In this document: piece by piece, positions 23,657 to 39,095 of the stretch | How positions within the stretch are numbered: the stretch's first letter is position 1 | How the letters are laid out: each line of letters starts with the position of its first letter | From: the human T2T-CHM13v2.0 reference genome, Homo sapiens | Assembly: GCF_009914755.1 (NCBI RefSeq) | Contig: NC_060925.1 | Length of the DNA: 64,000 bases | Direction: 5' to 3' (one strand) | Made by a program: the position numbers and the translations under genes | Notes under the pieces: generated by a model | The model's database searches: none | The model's input: the letters and a program-made list of their open reading frames with translations, nothing else | What the model was told of the DNA's origin: nothing

Positions 23657-24603
23657 TCAACACAAAACAAAACAACCAAGAAACCAGATTCCTAGGTCCA
23701 ATCCCAGACTCAATGAATCAGGAGACGAGAATGTATATTAAACACACACACACACCCGCTCTGGATGACTTGTATGTTTAGCCAGGATTGGGAATCCACT
23801 GATCTAACCCATCCAGTCAGGCTTTGATTAAGTGCTGAAAAGAAACATGCTCTCCCCAGATGAGCTCGAGGCCTGAGTTCAGCCTTGGCTCTGCTCTCAC
23901 TTACAGGTGTCCGACCTAGGGTGATGCAGTGAAAATGGCCCAGACCTCATCTCTTCATCTGCCAGTGCTCATTCTAAGAATCAACGTGAGGAAACAGCTC
24001 TACAGATAAGGAATGATGTGGACGGTGCAGGGAACAATGACAAGCATCTTCTCACTGCAGGAGGTGCCTTCTCAGTACCTGCTGTCTGACACCCACACCC
24101 CCATGTCAGCTGACATACAGGATTGAGGCTAACATAATTTTTAAGTGAATAAGCCTGGAGTTCACTTGACTTAACCTATGTTCACCTCCCCACTCCCTGG
24201 CTCTTCTAGGAGTCTGTTGATTAAGGATGACCTCAGGCACATTTGGGGACAACACAAGGTAGACTTTCAAAACTACCAAATGGAAGGAGCTGCTGTCCTA
24301 GGGCAGGTACTTCTGTCCCTGAGGCTGCTGGGTAGTTTGGTCTTAAGTGCCCCTTGACTGCCACCTGCTGTAGAAAGTAGCTCCTGGGAGCCAAGCCCTC
24401 TCTCTTCTGTATCCCTGCTGCACTTCATCTAATCAGACTAGCTGACACTTACCAGGCTTCTACTATGTGCCAGGCACAGTTCTAAGCATTTTGCATGCAC
24501 TGCCTCAGGGAATCCTCGTAACAACCTTGTTTTAGAGATGAGAAAGCTGAAGTCCATCCGTCATTTGTACAGCAATTTGTATATCGCCCAGTGTCCTTTA
24601 GAC

Positions 24604-24940
24604 CAGCGGTCCCTAACCTTGTTGGCACCAGGACCGGTTTCATGGAAGACAATTTTTCCATGGACTGGAGTGGGGGAGATGGTTTTGGGATGAAACTGTT
24701 CCGCCTCAGATTCTCAGGCATTAGATTCTCATAAGGAGCATGGGACCTAGATCCCTTCCCTGCGTGCTTCACAATAGGGTTCACATGCCCATGAGAATCG
24801 AATGCTGCCACTGATCTGTCAGGAGGCGGAGCTCAGGTGGCCATGCTCGCTCACCCACCGCTCACCTCCTGCTGCGTGACCTGGTTCCTAACAGGCCACG
24901 AACTGGTACTGGTCTGCGGCCTGGGGGCTGGGGACCCGTG
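24604..24940. mobile_element. MER1B (hAT-Charlie MITE), near full length
   Basis: Terminal inverted repeats cagcggtccctaacc / ggctggggacccgtg, internal gcattagattctcataaggagc; ttagac duplicated at both flanks. Confidence 0.88.
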
Positions 24941-25146
24941 TTAGACCACCCTTCAGAGGCAGAGGGTTTATATAACCCCCATTTTACAGATGAAGAGACG
25001 GAGGCCTGGATTGTTTTTCACGTATTGCCTAACTTTCCACAGGCCCACAGCTAGTAAGTCACAGAGCAGGGGCTTGAACCCAGCCATTCTGGCTCCAGTG
25101 CCTACACCCGTAACAACGCTTCCCCCTGCAATGACATTGGGATTGA

Positions 25147-25594
<448 letters not shown>

Positions 25595-26516
25595 TAAAAC
25601 AGAGGTTAGAACTGCACCCCCTGTCTAGGTGGTTGTGGGAAGGGTAAGTCAAGCGCTGCACACAGTCTGGTGCATGGTGAATACTCACCACAGTGCTCTG
25701 GCCACGTGACTCACCTGCTCATCAAGCCTGTGAATTCTCAGAGGGCACATCAGTGTCGCAGCCCTCTCTGTACCTGGTAGCTAGTAAGTGCTCAGCAAGT
25801 ATGCGCTAGCTGAATCCGTACTATTGAGGGGGTTCCTGCTTTAATTAGGAAGTGTCTTTTTACACACACTCTAGCTCAAGAAGCTTTTATTTTTATTTTT
25901 TGAGATGGAGTCTCCCTCTGTCGCCCAGGCTGGAGTGCAGTGGCGCAATCTCGGCCCACCGCAAGCTCTGCCTCCGGGGTTCACGCCATTCTCCTGCCTC
26001 AGACTCCTGAGCAGCTGGGACTACAGGTGCCCGCCACCACACCTGGCTAATTTTTTGTATTTTTAGTAGACACGGGGTTTCACCGTGTTAGCCAGGATGG
26101 TCTCGATCTCCTGATCTCGTGATCTGCCCGCCTCAGCCTCCCAAAGTGCTGGGATTATAGGCTTGAGCCACTGCGCCCGGCCTAGAAGCTTATATTAAGG
26201 GAAAGAAGAATGGAAGGACATGCATTAATATTGTCAACAGGGCTTATCCCCCTTGGTAGTGGGGTGATAGGTAACTTTTTTTTTTCTTTTTTGAGATGGA
26301 ATCTCCCTTTGTCACCCAGGCTGGAGTAGAGTGGTGTGATCTCGGCTCACTGCAACCTCCACCTCCTGGATTCAAATGATTCTCGTGACTCAGCCTCCCA
26401 AGTAGCTGGGATTACAGGTGCCTGCCACCACACCTGGCTAGTCTTTTTGTATTTTTAGTAGAGATGGAGTTTTGCCATGTTGGCCAGGCTGGTCTTAAAC
26501 TCCTGGCCTCAAGTGA

Positions 26517-26735
<219 letters not shown>

Positions 26736-27170
26736 TAAGTTTTCCTTTGCACTTTTACATGTTTTCAAAATGTTTTGTAATAAGCATAATGTTACCTTTA
26801 AAATTAGAATCTATTTTAAAAGCTAATACAAATTTTGAAAGGTTAAATAAGTTAGGACTAAGTGACTTTTTCAGACATCCCTAGGTTATAAATCCTTGAC
26901 TATTCCTCTATGGCAGGCAGCTTAGCAGTCTACTTCTGGGGTCCCTTGGAAAAATAAAGCTGGATAGGCCAAAATTTTGGTCATCTGCAAAGGGGAAGGC
27001 TGAGAAACCAGTGCCCAAATAGCTGGATGACTTTGGTCCTAGTTTCCACTCAACATTGTGCTGACCTGGACTTGGCTCGAACTGGCGATGGGACTCAGTC
27101 ACTTGATGGTCCTCCCAGCTAAAGACCTGGAGAGCTCTGGCGAGCTGGACCTGCAGGCCCAAGGGACTTA

Positions 27171-27347
<177 letters not shown>

Positions 27348-27405
27348 TTATGCCTTTGTTTGCGTGCACGTACTTATGTATATGTGTGTGTGTTTATGCC
27401 TTTGA

Positions 27406-27588
<183 letters not shown>

Positions 27589-28598
27589 TGAGTATCATGA
27601 TGACCAGATAATTAAAAAAAAATGTTTTTTTGTAGAGACAGAGGTCTCACTATGTTGCTCAGGCTAGTCTCAAACTCTCAGACTCAAGCAATCCGCCTGC
27701 CTTGGCCTCCCGAAGTGCTGGGATTACAGGCATGAGTCACCTCATCCAGCCAAGAAGGGCCTTTTCTGTAGCAACTTAATCCTGTTGTCCATTTTAGGAC
27801 CTGGGAGAACTCATCTTCTCTGGGAAAGAATAGGCAAAGGGCATCTGCATGCAGTTTGGTGGGTTTCAGCTCCCTGTGTGCCCCCCTTTTCAGTTCTTTG
27901 ACTCAGCTGATATTATATATGCTGATCTACTGCTTCAGAAATGTTCGCAAGAAGCGCATGCTCTTGAGTGTGTGTCTTTGGTTCCTCCAGATGGTTCAGT
28001 GAAAAGGGGCTGAGGGTCTGGTCACTTACTAGGCATGTTGTGGGGTGGAGGTTCTGGAAGGTTAAGAGGCTTTGAGTTCGGAGAGACTGAGGCCAGCTCT
28101 GACTCTCTGGAGCCCTTATAAACTATATGATTTTGGTTAAGCATTTCCTCTTTTCTGAGTCTTAGTTTCCTAATCTGTAAAACAGATAACAGTTCCTTTG
28201 AAAAGCTTTTGTGGAAATCATCAGATAAAATGTAAGGCAGGTGGTTGGGAAAGGTTACTTCTTTTCTTTCTCTTTCTGTGTCTCTGTTTCCTCAGGTCCT
28301 CTCCTGCCAGTTCTAAGAGTCACACATGTGGGCTGATGCGGCCCACCACAAACGTTTAAACTGCAAGTCATACTGGGTTTCCTAAACTCTGTTTCTCATG
28401 CCTCCCTCCCAGCATCTGGGCACTTAATGCGTGCTGCCTGCCGCCTGGCTAGGGGGAATGGGCTTTAACCAACCAAGAGGCAAAGGGAGGTTTCCAGAGA
28501 GGAACAATGGGGCCAGTCCCCAGTTTCTCTAATGCATGTCAACTTTCTTCAGGGAGATGTGCGTGGACTGGAGGGGCAATGTCCCTCTTCCTAGGTAC

Positions 28599-28701
28599 CT
28601 TAAAGAAGTTTTTCATTTCGGGCCTTCTTAGCTCCTCTTCTGTGATGACATGCTCAGCCCCCAGACTCTTCAGTCTGTCACTCAGCTTCTGGATATCAGG
28701 T
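28599..28701 (-). CDS. MECR: MECR exon 6 ([35 protein letters not shown])
   Basis: Acceptor ttccag|A, donor AAG|GTACCT; 103 nt. Confidence 0.96.
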
Positions 28702-29671
28702 CTGGAAACCAAACATAGGTCCCTGGTCACATCTGCCAGCTTTTTCCACCAAAGCCCCCCAGGACCTCTCTGCCACAGCTGGGAGAACCCGTGCTTCTTT
28801 TTGCAGGAAGCTGGGATTAGGTTTAAGCCAGGCTTGAGCAGGGACCAGCCACCTAATTTCATGCAGCTTCAATAGCTCTTGGCTGTCTCCTCACTGGCAA
28901 CAGAGTGAGACTGGGTGGTTTTCACAGGCCCTGACAGCTCAATAGTGTTAGAAGCCATCTGTGCCCAGGGAGAAGTCACTTAACTTCCTGATTTCTTCTA
29001 CTGAAAGGACAAACTCCACTTCCCCCCTCTTTTCAAGTGGTTCTTCAGAGTGTTGGACATACACAGTCTAGACCAGGAGTGGCTCTGGGTCTCTTTGGTT
29101 AAGGCAAATGGAATTATTTTTGCGAGTACAACTGAGGAACTGAAGCTGGTGTCGATTATACTAAGAGTGGGCTTCCATGACAGCCACAGCCACATTCATG
29201 GACAGTGAGGCCTAGAGAAACTGGACGATATGATGGAAAGAGAGTAAGTGAGGAAACCGAGTCTATTACTGACTTGCTGTGTCTTCCAGGGCAAGCTGCT
29301 CCCTGAAACTTCAGTTTCCTCATCTGTAAAAGACAGATGACAAACCTGCCCCTGTCTCCTTCACGTCTGTATTTAGCGCACTTCCAAGTACCACACAAAA
29401 GCAAGGGTAAAGGGGCCTTGGGTTAGACAGTTCACAGAAAGAATAATACAGCTCAAATCATTCCCAAATATCAACTGGGGTTTTGAAAACATGAGGTTAT
29501 CACAAGCCAAGAGTCTCAGAAAGTCTTAGCTATTCAGTAAGGGCAGTCTCCACCTCCTTCCTGCCCTCTCTTTACATGTCAGATTCACTCATCCTATCGC
29601 CAAAAGCCAGCTGGACTTCATTTCTTAGGACTGACTCATCTGTTTCAGCCGCCAACTGTTAGCGATGCCTA

Positions 29672-29914
<243 letters not shown>

Positions 29915-30733
29915 TCAAGCCCTGTATAGATCTGCAATAGGTCAAAGGCTCCCAGCCGGGGATCCTTCTGTAGGCAAGGGAGTCCTCAGGCTCAACAGGG
30001 ACCCAGGACCTGGCTGCTGAGTCTTCTCAGACCTTCCACTGTTTCTCACTGTTCTCCTAATGCCTCCTAAACTTCCACAACACTCACGATGCCTCCCAGG
30101 ACTTGGCAACTCAGCATCTACACTGGATATAATTTAGACCCTGCCCTGCTATGTAAAATATTTTATAGCCTTCGTCATCCTCCCAACTTTTATGTCCTCA
30201 AGTCTTTACTTAGGTTATTTCCTTGGTTTGCAATGTTTCCCTCCTTCTCTCTTCCTTCCTATTGAAATCCTGTAGATCCTTTGAAGCGCAGCTCAAGTGC
30301 AGCCTTCATGAAGCCTTCCTGGATTGTTCCCTCTATGTGCTCCCACAGTGCTCTGTGGGCATCTGTATTAATGCACATACCACGGTCTGCCCCATCTTAC
30401 ACTTCATTGTATATAGGTCCATTTCTATCAACAGCTTGCAGCTTCTTGAGAGGGAAGGGTCATGCCCTATTCCTCTCTGCAGTGTTTAATAAAGGTGCAC
30501 TGCCTTGAAATGGGATTACAGCTGCGCTGGAGAAACTGGCAGCCCCTGAAACAGGGTCCTACAGTTCTGTGGCAAAGCCCAGGTTTAGCTTTGGACCTGG
30601 CCATTGGGGAAGGCGGTGTGACATGCTGGGAAAAATGTGGGCTCTGGAATGAGACAGATCTGGGCATGAGTCTCAGTTTCACCAATGATTGTAACTAAAC
30701 AGACAGGGCAAGTCATGACCTCTGTGAACTTCA

Positions 30734-30980
<247 letters not shown>

Positions 30981-31044
30981 TCACACAACGGGCTGAAACT
31001 AGAGATAGAGGACTTCCTGGAAGAAGAATGCCCACTCGTCTTCA

Positions 31045-31290
31045 CCAGGGGTCAACGTACAGGTTGTCACCCACCAGTGGATTATGAATCAATCTAGTTG
31101 GTTGCAAGCACCTTTTTTTTTTAAAGTTAAAATTGAGAAGAGAATAAAAAATAACAGAGTATGTCACACATAGTAAGGGTATTTCACGAAACTTTGGTTT
31201 CCATTATATATATATTCCTATTTGTATAAACTGATCACAATATAAAATGTAATTCTTACCATGTGTCAAGATCCTAAGTTTATTCAACAG
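31045..31290. mobile_element. Old MER-type DNA transposon fossil (copy 1)
   Basis: Shares cagagtat(gt)cacacatagtaagggta with the reverse complement of ~35870-35895; family not assigned. Confidence 0.55.
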
Positions 31291-31827
31291 TGATCTAGTT
31301 CAGGCCATATCAGCCTTGAGGCAGGAAAGTGGAGAGGTGTGCAGTGGGTACTTAGGGTGGGCAGCGTCGAAATGCCTAGATCTGTTACTACAGCTGCAGC
31401 CTAAATGGGAGGTGGCTTTAGGGCATGGGATGCAAGCAAACAAAGTGTCTGCTGCACTAGGACTCCAGCAAAGGTCCCTGGTCACAGCCACTGGCTTTCT
31501 CCACCAAAGGCTCCCAGGAACCATCTGCCATAGTTGCAAGAAACCTATATTTCTCTTGTGGGAACTGGCATCGGCTTTCAGCCAGGCCTTGGACAGTGGC
31601 TGGGCACCATGTTTCATCACACTCCAACAACTGTGGGCCTCAGTTTCTTCGCTGGTATGAGAGGTGGCTTGGGTGAGTTCTACAGCCACTGCGGCTCACG
31701 GATGTGCATGGATGTGCATGGTGTGCAGAGGCAGCCCAGGAGGTTAATGCCCTTAGGGCGACCCTTAAACAATGGGGTGTGAGAATTAGTGGAAAACTGG
31801 CCCAGCCTCTCATCATTCAAGGGTTAG

Positions 31828-31858
<31 letters not shown>

Positions 31859-31860
31859 GA

Positions 31861-31968
<108 letters not shown>

Positions 31969-33417
31969 TAGCTGGGGTCACAGGCGCTGCCACCACGCCG
32001 GGCTAATTTTTGTATTTTTAGTAGAGACGGGTTTTCACCATGTTGGCCAGGCTGGTCTCAAACCCCTGACCTCAAGTGATCTGCCAGCTTCAGCCTCCCA
32101 AAGTGCTGGGATTACAGGCATGAGACACCATGCCTGGCCTTAAGGGTTAATTCTGCAGTGGGTTCTGAGAGTCTTCAGAGGGCCCCAGCAAGACTGAGCA
32201 GGCCGGCTGGGGGTGGGTGGCTCGCGCCTGTAATCCCAGCACTTTGGGAGGCTGAGGTGGGCGGATCACAAGGTCAGGAGTTAGAGACCAGCCTGGCCAA
32301 TATGGTGAAACCCCATTTCTACTAAAAATACAAAAATTAGCCAGGCATGGTGGCAGGCACCTGTAGTCTCAGCTACCTGGGAGGCTGAGGCAGGAGAATC
32401 CCTTGAACCCGAGAGGTGGAGGTTGCAGTGAGCCCACGCCACTGCACTCAAGCCGGGGCGACAGAGCACGACTGTCTCAAAAAAACAGCCGGAGCAGTAG
32501 TTGCCCGCAGCAGTAACCGGGCTTCATGGGCTTTGCCTCCATCTCTGTCTCACTCTCCCCACTCCCCTTCATTTCTTCTTCCCAAACAAACTCTCTGCAC
32601 CCAGTGCTGGTCTTAGGCTCTGCTTTCAGAGAAACCCAAATAAAAACACTTGGCTCTGTCATTTACTCCCTGGCTGATCTCATGCAAATAGTTTACCTTT
32701 CTGGACCTCAGTTTTCCCATTTATGAAAGGGAAGAAGAATATAAGCAGCGGACAGTCTCTGCACTGTATGCCCAGCACTGTGTGAAGTATTATGCTGTAG
32801 TGTTTCACCCTCCACGTTCTTTATTCTCCATTTTACAGAAGAAAAATCTGATGATTTGAGAGGCAAATTCACAGTCAGGGAAAGGTGAAGCCTGGGGTCA
32901 GACCCAGGTTATCTGCCCAGAGCTTGAGCTCTTAACCAATGATGGTACCAACCTTACTGCAATGCTGTGAAGATTTCATGCACTCAACGGGGATAATGCC
33001 TGTCAACGCACTTCTGTGAACTGGAAAGTGCTATGTAAACGCTGAGTGGAATTATTAACACTAAGTTCAGCATTTTATTGAAAACATAGGGACTGTGTCT
33101 ATCTTGTCTGCCTTTGTATCCCAGAGCTTAGCCCCAGCTCAACACATTTTTGCTGAATGACAGAATTCAATCCCAAGCTCTAGAGAATGTGACCCTGCAG
33201 CAGTTTTCGAGAGTGTACTCCTCATGAGGTTTCAGCATGTTTCCTAGGAACCAAGCTAACATCTTTCTAAGTGAAAGCAACAACATTCACCCAGGTGAGA
33301 GGTCCATCACCCCCTCAAAACCTCCACCTTGCAAGTTCTCCTGGCCTTGGGGTCAGGATGTGAGTGGCACCCTAGTTGCGAGACCCTGGCCTGCTCCCCC
33401 AACCTGTGGGTTCCTAC

Positions 33418-33561
33418 CTGGCTGCAGTTGCTCGAAGTCCATCAACATCCTGTAGGCTGTGCAGGGATTGACACCCAGGGTGGCAGCGCTCTGAAGAGGG
33501 ATGTCACTCGGAACTTGGATCAGTGCTTCCTCGCTGAACACAGCCTCGGTCCGCCAGGTTC
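33418..33561 (-). CDS. MECR: MECR exon 4 ([48 protein letters not shown])
   Basis: Acceptor ctcag|G, donor AG|GTAGGA; 144 nt; matches ORF track 33353..33589. Confidence 0.97.
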
Positions 33562-34667
33562 CTGAGTCAGAAGATGAAGCCAGGATCATAAGGAAGGAGC
33601 CCTGTGCACATTCAACCCCAGCTCACCCTCCTTGGCCAAGAAGCATCCAGGATAGTGGGTAGCATCCACTGGAAGCATCCAGGATAGCATCCAGGATGTT
33701 TAGAAAAAGAAGAAAATCTGGACGTTCCTCTGAATGTCTGAGTCCTCATGATAATTATGCACAATAGATTGTTATTCTTTTTAATTTTTTTTTTGGAGAC
33801 AGAGTCTTGCTCTGTAGCCCAGGCTGGAGTGCAATGGCGCGATCTTGGCTCACTGCAACTTCCGCCTCCTGGGTTCGTGATTCTTATGCTGCAGCCCCCT
33901 GAGTAGCTGGGATTACAGGCATGCACTACCATACATGGCTAATTTATTTATTTTTAGTAGAGACAGGGTTTTGCCTTGTTGGTCAGGCTGGTCTTGAACT
34001 CCCGGTCTCAGGTGATTCGCCTGCATCGGCTTCCCAAAGTGCTGGGATTACACACATGAGCCACTGTGCCTGGCCCAAAATAGACAGTCATTCTTATCTT
34101 AAACATGTAGTAAAAATGGGGTGTGGTGGCTCATGCCTATAATCTCAGCACTTTGGGAGGCAAGGTGGGAGGACTGCTTGAGGCCAGGAGCTCAAGACCA
34201 GCCTGGGCAACATAGTGAGACCTTGTCTCTACAGAAAAAAAAAAAAAAAAAATTAGCTGGGCATAATGCCCTGCAGTCCCGGCTTCTCATGAGGCTGAAG
34301 TGGGAAGATTGCTTGAGCCCAGTAATTTAAGGACACAGTGAGCTATGATTGTGTGACTGCACTCCAGCCTCGGTGACACAGCAAGAACCTGTCTCAAAAA
34401 AACCCAAAAAACAAAAAACAAACCAAAACAAAATATGCCAAATACCATTGTAAGGGCGATTCAGAGAGGCTGCTTCTCTGAGTTACCATTAGATTTAGTT
34501 AATGTCACCGTGCAGGTAGTTAATGACCTCAAACTGCTGCAATCTAAGGGTAAGACAGTAGTAACATTACCACCAGGGCAGGAGAAGCTGAGAAAGCCCC
34601 CTTTTTCCTACACAGTCCTCATTCTTCTCATCCAGAGCAGGTTGACTCACATGTTTTTTTTTTTTAA

Positions 34668-35032
<365 letters not shown>

Positions 35033-35779
35033 TGAGAAAATTCCTGTCACTGAGTTTTAGTTACTCTAATGTGTAAATAGCACAGGCAAGAACAGCCTGA
35101 CTCGCCTCCTCCAGGAGCTACTGTAGAAATCAAATGAGATAAGGAAATGAAAAATTCTATAAGCTTGAAAGAAATGAGCATCAACTCCCAGCCCACATTC
35201 CAGTTCCAGACAAAAGAATTCTAGAATGTCAGTACTGAGAAGGCCCTTATCGAACATCGACTTTGAACCCCTCATGCAACAGGGGAGGAAATGAGGAAGT
35301 GACTTGCCCAGAGCCCCCTGGCTTATCTAGGCAGAGTTGGAGCTGGAACCTGGGTATCTGGGCTGCCTTCCTTCCATCTACAGATATTTATCTTGCACCC
35401 AGGCACTTGAACAATACAGACAGTTTCCTTAGTTTCATTCTAGTGGAGTCGAACAGGTGAAAAAAAGCAGATATGATAATGATAAATTATAAAGAGACAG
35501 GAACATCAAGAGAATTACTTTAGATGGGAGTCAAGGATACTTCTCTGAGGAGGTGACAGGCTAAGAGTGAAAGGATAGAGGTGCTACCGTCTCAGAGCAC
35601 ACAAAGAACATCTTAGGTAGGGCATGCAGCAGATGCAGAGATGCTGTAGCAGGACAAAGGACTGGGATGGGATGATGCTGCACCGCAGGGTGGAGAGTGA
35701 TGGGAAGAGTGGCTTGAGACATGGCTGGCCTGGCTGATGCAGCAGGGGCCGGGCAGGTGATATTAGACTTTCAGAATTC

Positions 35780-36000
35780 TGACCCACAGTAACCATGAGT
35801 TCCACTGTGAATTCGTACATATACATACATGAATGTACGTGTAACACAAGCCTGTGTTTCACAGAATACTTACCCTTACTATGTGTGATACTCTGCTATT
35901 TTTCATTCTTTTCTGCTCAACTTTAATTTTAAAAAGTGCTATTTGCAACTCACTAGATTGATTTCTCGAATGGGTCACAACCTGTGGTATGAGAACATGA
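35780..36000. mobile_element. Old MER-type DNA transposon fossil (copy 2, inverted relative to 31045-31290)
   Basis: tacccttactatgtgtgatactctg and gcaactcactagattgatt complement segments of copy 1. Confidence 0.55.
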
Positions 36001-36534
36001 CCTCAGCACTGTGGTATGGAGAACTGATCTTGTTTTAGTGAATGAGTGAGTGGGAAGCCTGTAACAAGCTTTAAGAGGAGACTGAGATGATCCGATGTAT
36101 GCTTTAAGATCACTTTATTGCTGGGTGAAGACTGTGGAGTGGGGAGGGGCAGCGTGGAAGCCAGAGGTCTTTGTGGGGGTCGAGGTATGAGATGATGGCT
36201 GCCTAGTCTGGGACTTTGGCAGTGGGGATGAGGAACAGAAGATGGATTTGAGTTCTATTTTAAAGACAGAATCAATAGGATTTGGTGAGGACTGCGTGAG
36301 GGGTCTGCACTCACACAGGCAGGATCTTGTATGAAGAAGGGGTGAAGAGGGTAGGCTTTGGAGTCAGAGAGACTCCAGCCTTGGTTCCACAGTGTCCTCA
36401 CTGTGTCACCTTAGGGAAATTGCTTGGAGCCTTGTTGGCTCAGCATCTGGTCACAGTGGCAGCTCGGGGCCCTTGGCCTATGCTTCCAAAGCTCTTGGGC
36501 ATGCCTGCTCACTATCCAGTTGCTGGGATTCTAA

Positions 36535-36981
<447 letters not shown>

Positions 36982-37678
36982 ATAGAAGGCTGTGTCAATC
37001 CTAGAGTAGGTCTATGGCTGAGAAAATAAGAGACTGAAAAGGCGAGGATTCCTCTGTAATCCAGGAAGTGCCCCAGCATCCTGTGGGCTTCCCCCGGACT
37101 GGCCTTCAAATCATCGTTCCCATTCATCTCAGCTAACACTTACTGTACTCTACCGTGCACCAAATGCTTAGTGCAGGGCTTTCTATGTATGAAATCCAGG
37201 GCATTTTCTAATTCCCCTTATGGCACGACAATGGAAATCCAACCCTTGATATGGATTTCTGGGGCTTAGCAGTCCCTAATCCTCTTCTCAAGAGACTCTG
37301 GGTGGGAGGGAGGCAGCACCCGTGGTCAGAGACAAGGGCTTTCAGGGTTTCAAGTAGAACTCTTAGGCTTGAAGTTGGAGAGACCTGCTTAAAAACCCTG
37401 GCTCTACCACTCACTAGTGTGTGACTTTGAATGATCACTTCACCTTTTTTGAGTTTCCATTTCCCTAATCTGTGAAATGCAGAGAGTAACACTTATGTCA
37501 TAGTGTGAAGATTAAACTAAAGACATTTGTACAGAGACTATCACTATGCCTAGTACACAGTGGGTGTATAACACACATTGTTTTCCTTTAATGATGCTAA
37601 TTCCCAGACTTTAGCTCTGAGGATTCCCAATTCCTCAGTCATATGCAACTGACCCTTAACCATCTCCATTGTTGAACT

Positions 37679-38187
37679 TGGGGGTCAGCAAACTGTGGCC
37701 TGTGGGCTAAATCTGCCTCACCACTTGTTTTTGTAAATAAAGGGTTTTTTTTTTTTTTGTTTTGAGACAAGAGTCTTACTCTGTTGCCCAGGTTGGAGTG
37801 TGGCTTACTGCAACTTCTGCTTCCTGGTCTCGAGCTATCCTTCCATGTCAGCCTCCCCAGTGGCTGGGACTACAGGTGTACGCTGCCACACTTCGCTAAT
37901 TTTTTGTAGAGATGGACTTTCACCAAGTTGCCCAGGCCATTCTTGAACTCTTGGACTCAAGCGATCTGCCCGCCTTGGCCTCCCATGCTGGGATTACAGG
38001 CATGAGCCACCATGCCTGGTCCTGTAAATAAAGTTTTATTGGAACACAGCCATGTTCACTCAATTGTTTATATATTGCCTGTGGCTGTTTACGATAGTAG
38101 AGTTGGGTAGTCACAAAGATGATATAGCCTACGAAGCCTAAAATATTTACTATTTGGCCCTTTAAGATAAAAATTTGCCAACTCCTG
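37679..38187. mobile_element. MER58A split by an Alu (~37745-38021) with TSD tgtaaataaag
   Basis: ggggtcagcaaactgtggcctg…gtaaataaagttttattggaacacagccatg…tttgccaactcctg; TSD at 37732-37742 and 38023-38033. Confidence 0.85.
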
Positions 38188-38791
38188 ATCTAATGCATAC
38201 AGAAATTTGGCATTTGCAAAGATCATTGCATATATTCTCAGTTGAGTACTGCTGAGACATGCTAGGCAGTGACAATTAGTCCCATTTTCGAGATGAAAAA
38301 ACTGAGGCTCAAAGTAGCTGTGACTTAAATTAGGTCATACAGCGGAGCTGGAAAGAGAACTTGCCCCCTGATTCCAAAGCCAGTGCACTTTCTACGGCTC
38401 TGTGCTTCCTCAGGAAGGTTTTGCATATTTCCCAAGGAGAAAGTCAGTTGGCAAAGATCTATCCACACCATCTGGTCTGGTCTCCCCTGGGATTGGCTGC
38501 ACGTGGGAAAAGGCTGGCTATGGGCTTAGCAACAGCTAGGCAGCTCAGAACCATGAAAAATGACCAAGCTGTGGCCAACTAAGAACTTACCTGTTTAATA
38601 GTTGCCACTCTTACTAAATGGCAGTCTTCACGAGAAGAAAGACCATGTCTGTTCACTGCTGTGTCCTCAAGCCCAGCATGCTGCAGATGCTCACAAAATG
38701 TTTACTGAATACACTGAGTTAATTGCAGTCCTCACAATTATAAAATCCTCATCCTCTCTGGCTGGCACCTTGCTTAAAAGACTCACCTGCT

Positions 38792-39095
38792 GGCCAGGCG
38801 CAGTGGCTCAATGCCTGTAATCCCAACATTTTGGGAGGCCGAGGCGGGCAGATCACCTGAGGTCAGGAGTTCAAGACCAGCCTGGCCAACAAGACGAAAC
38901 CCCATCTCTACTAAAAGTACAAAAATTAGCCAGGTGTAGTGGTGGGCGCCTGTAGTCCCAGCTACTCGGGAGGCTGAGGCAGGAGAATTGCTTGAACCCA
39001 TGAGGTGGAGGTTGCAGGTTGCAGTGAGCCAAGATTGCACCAGCCTGGGCAACAGAGCGAGACTCTGTCTCAAAAGATAAACAAAACAAAACAAA
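38792..39095 (+). mobile_element. AluS element (antisense to MECR) in intron 3
   Basis: Full dimeric Alu with (A/AC) tail. Confidence 0.93.

Noticed and set aside
25680-25720. Consensus-like minus-strand donors (GTGAGT) in MECR intron 7
   Set aside because: In MIR-like sequence with no convincing paired acceptor; such motifs arise frequently by chance.
28702-28862. Open frame extending MECR exon 6 upstream into intron 5
   Set aside because: The most plausible upstream AG (cctaatcccag, ~28811) is phase 1, whereas exon 5 ends in phase 2, so no in-frame extended exon.
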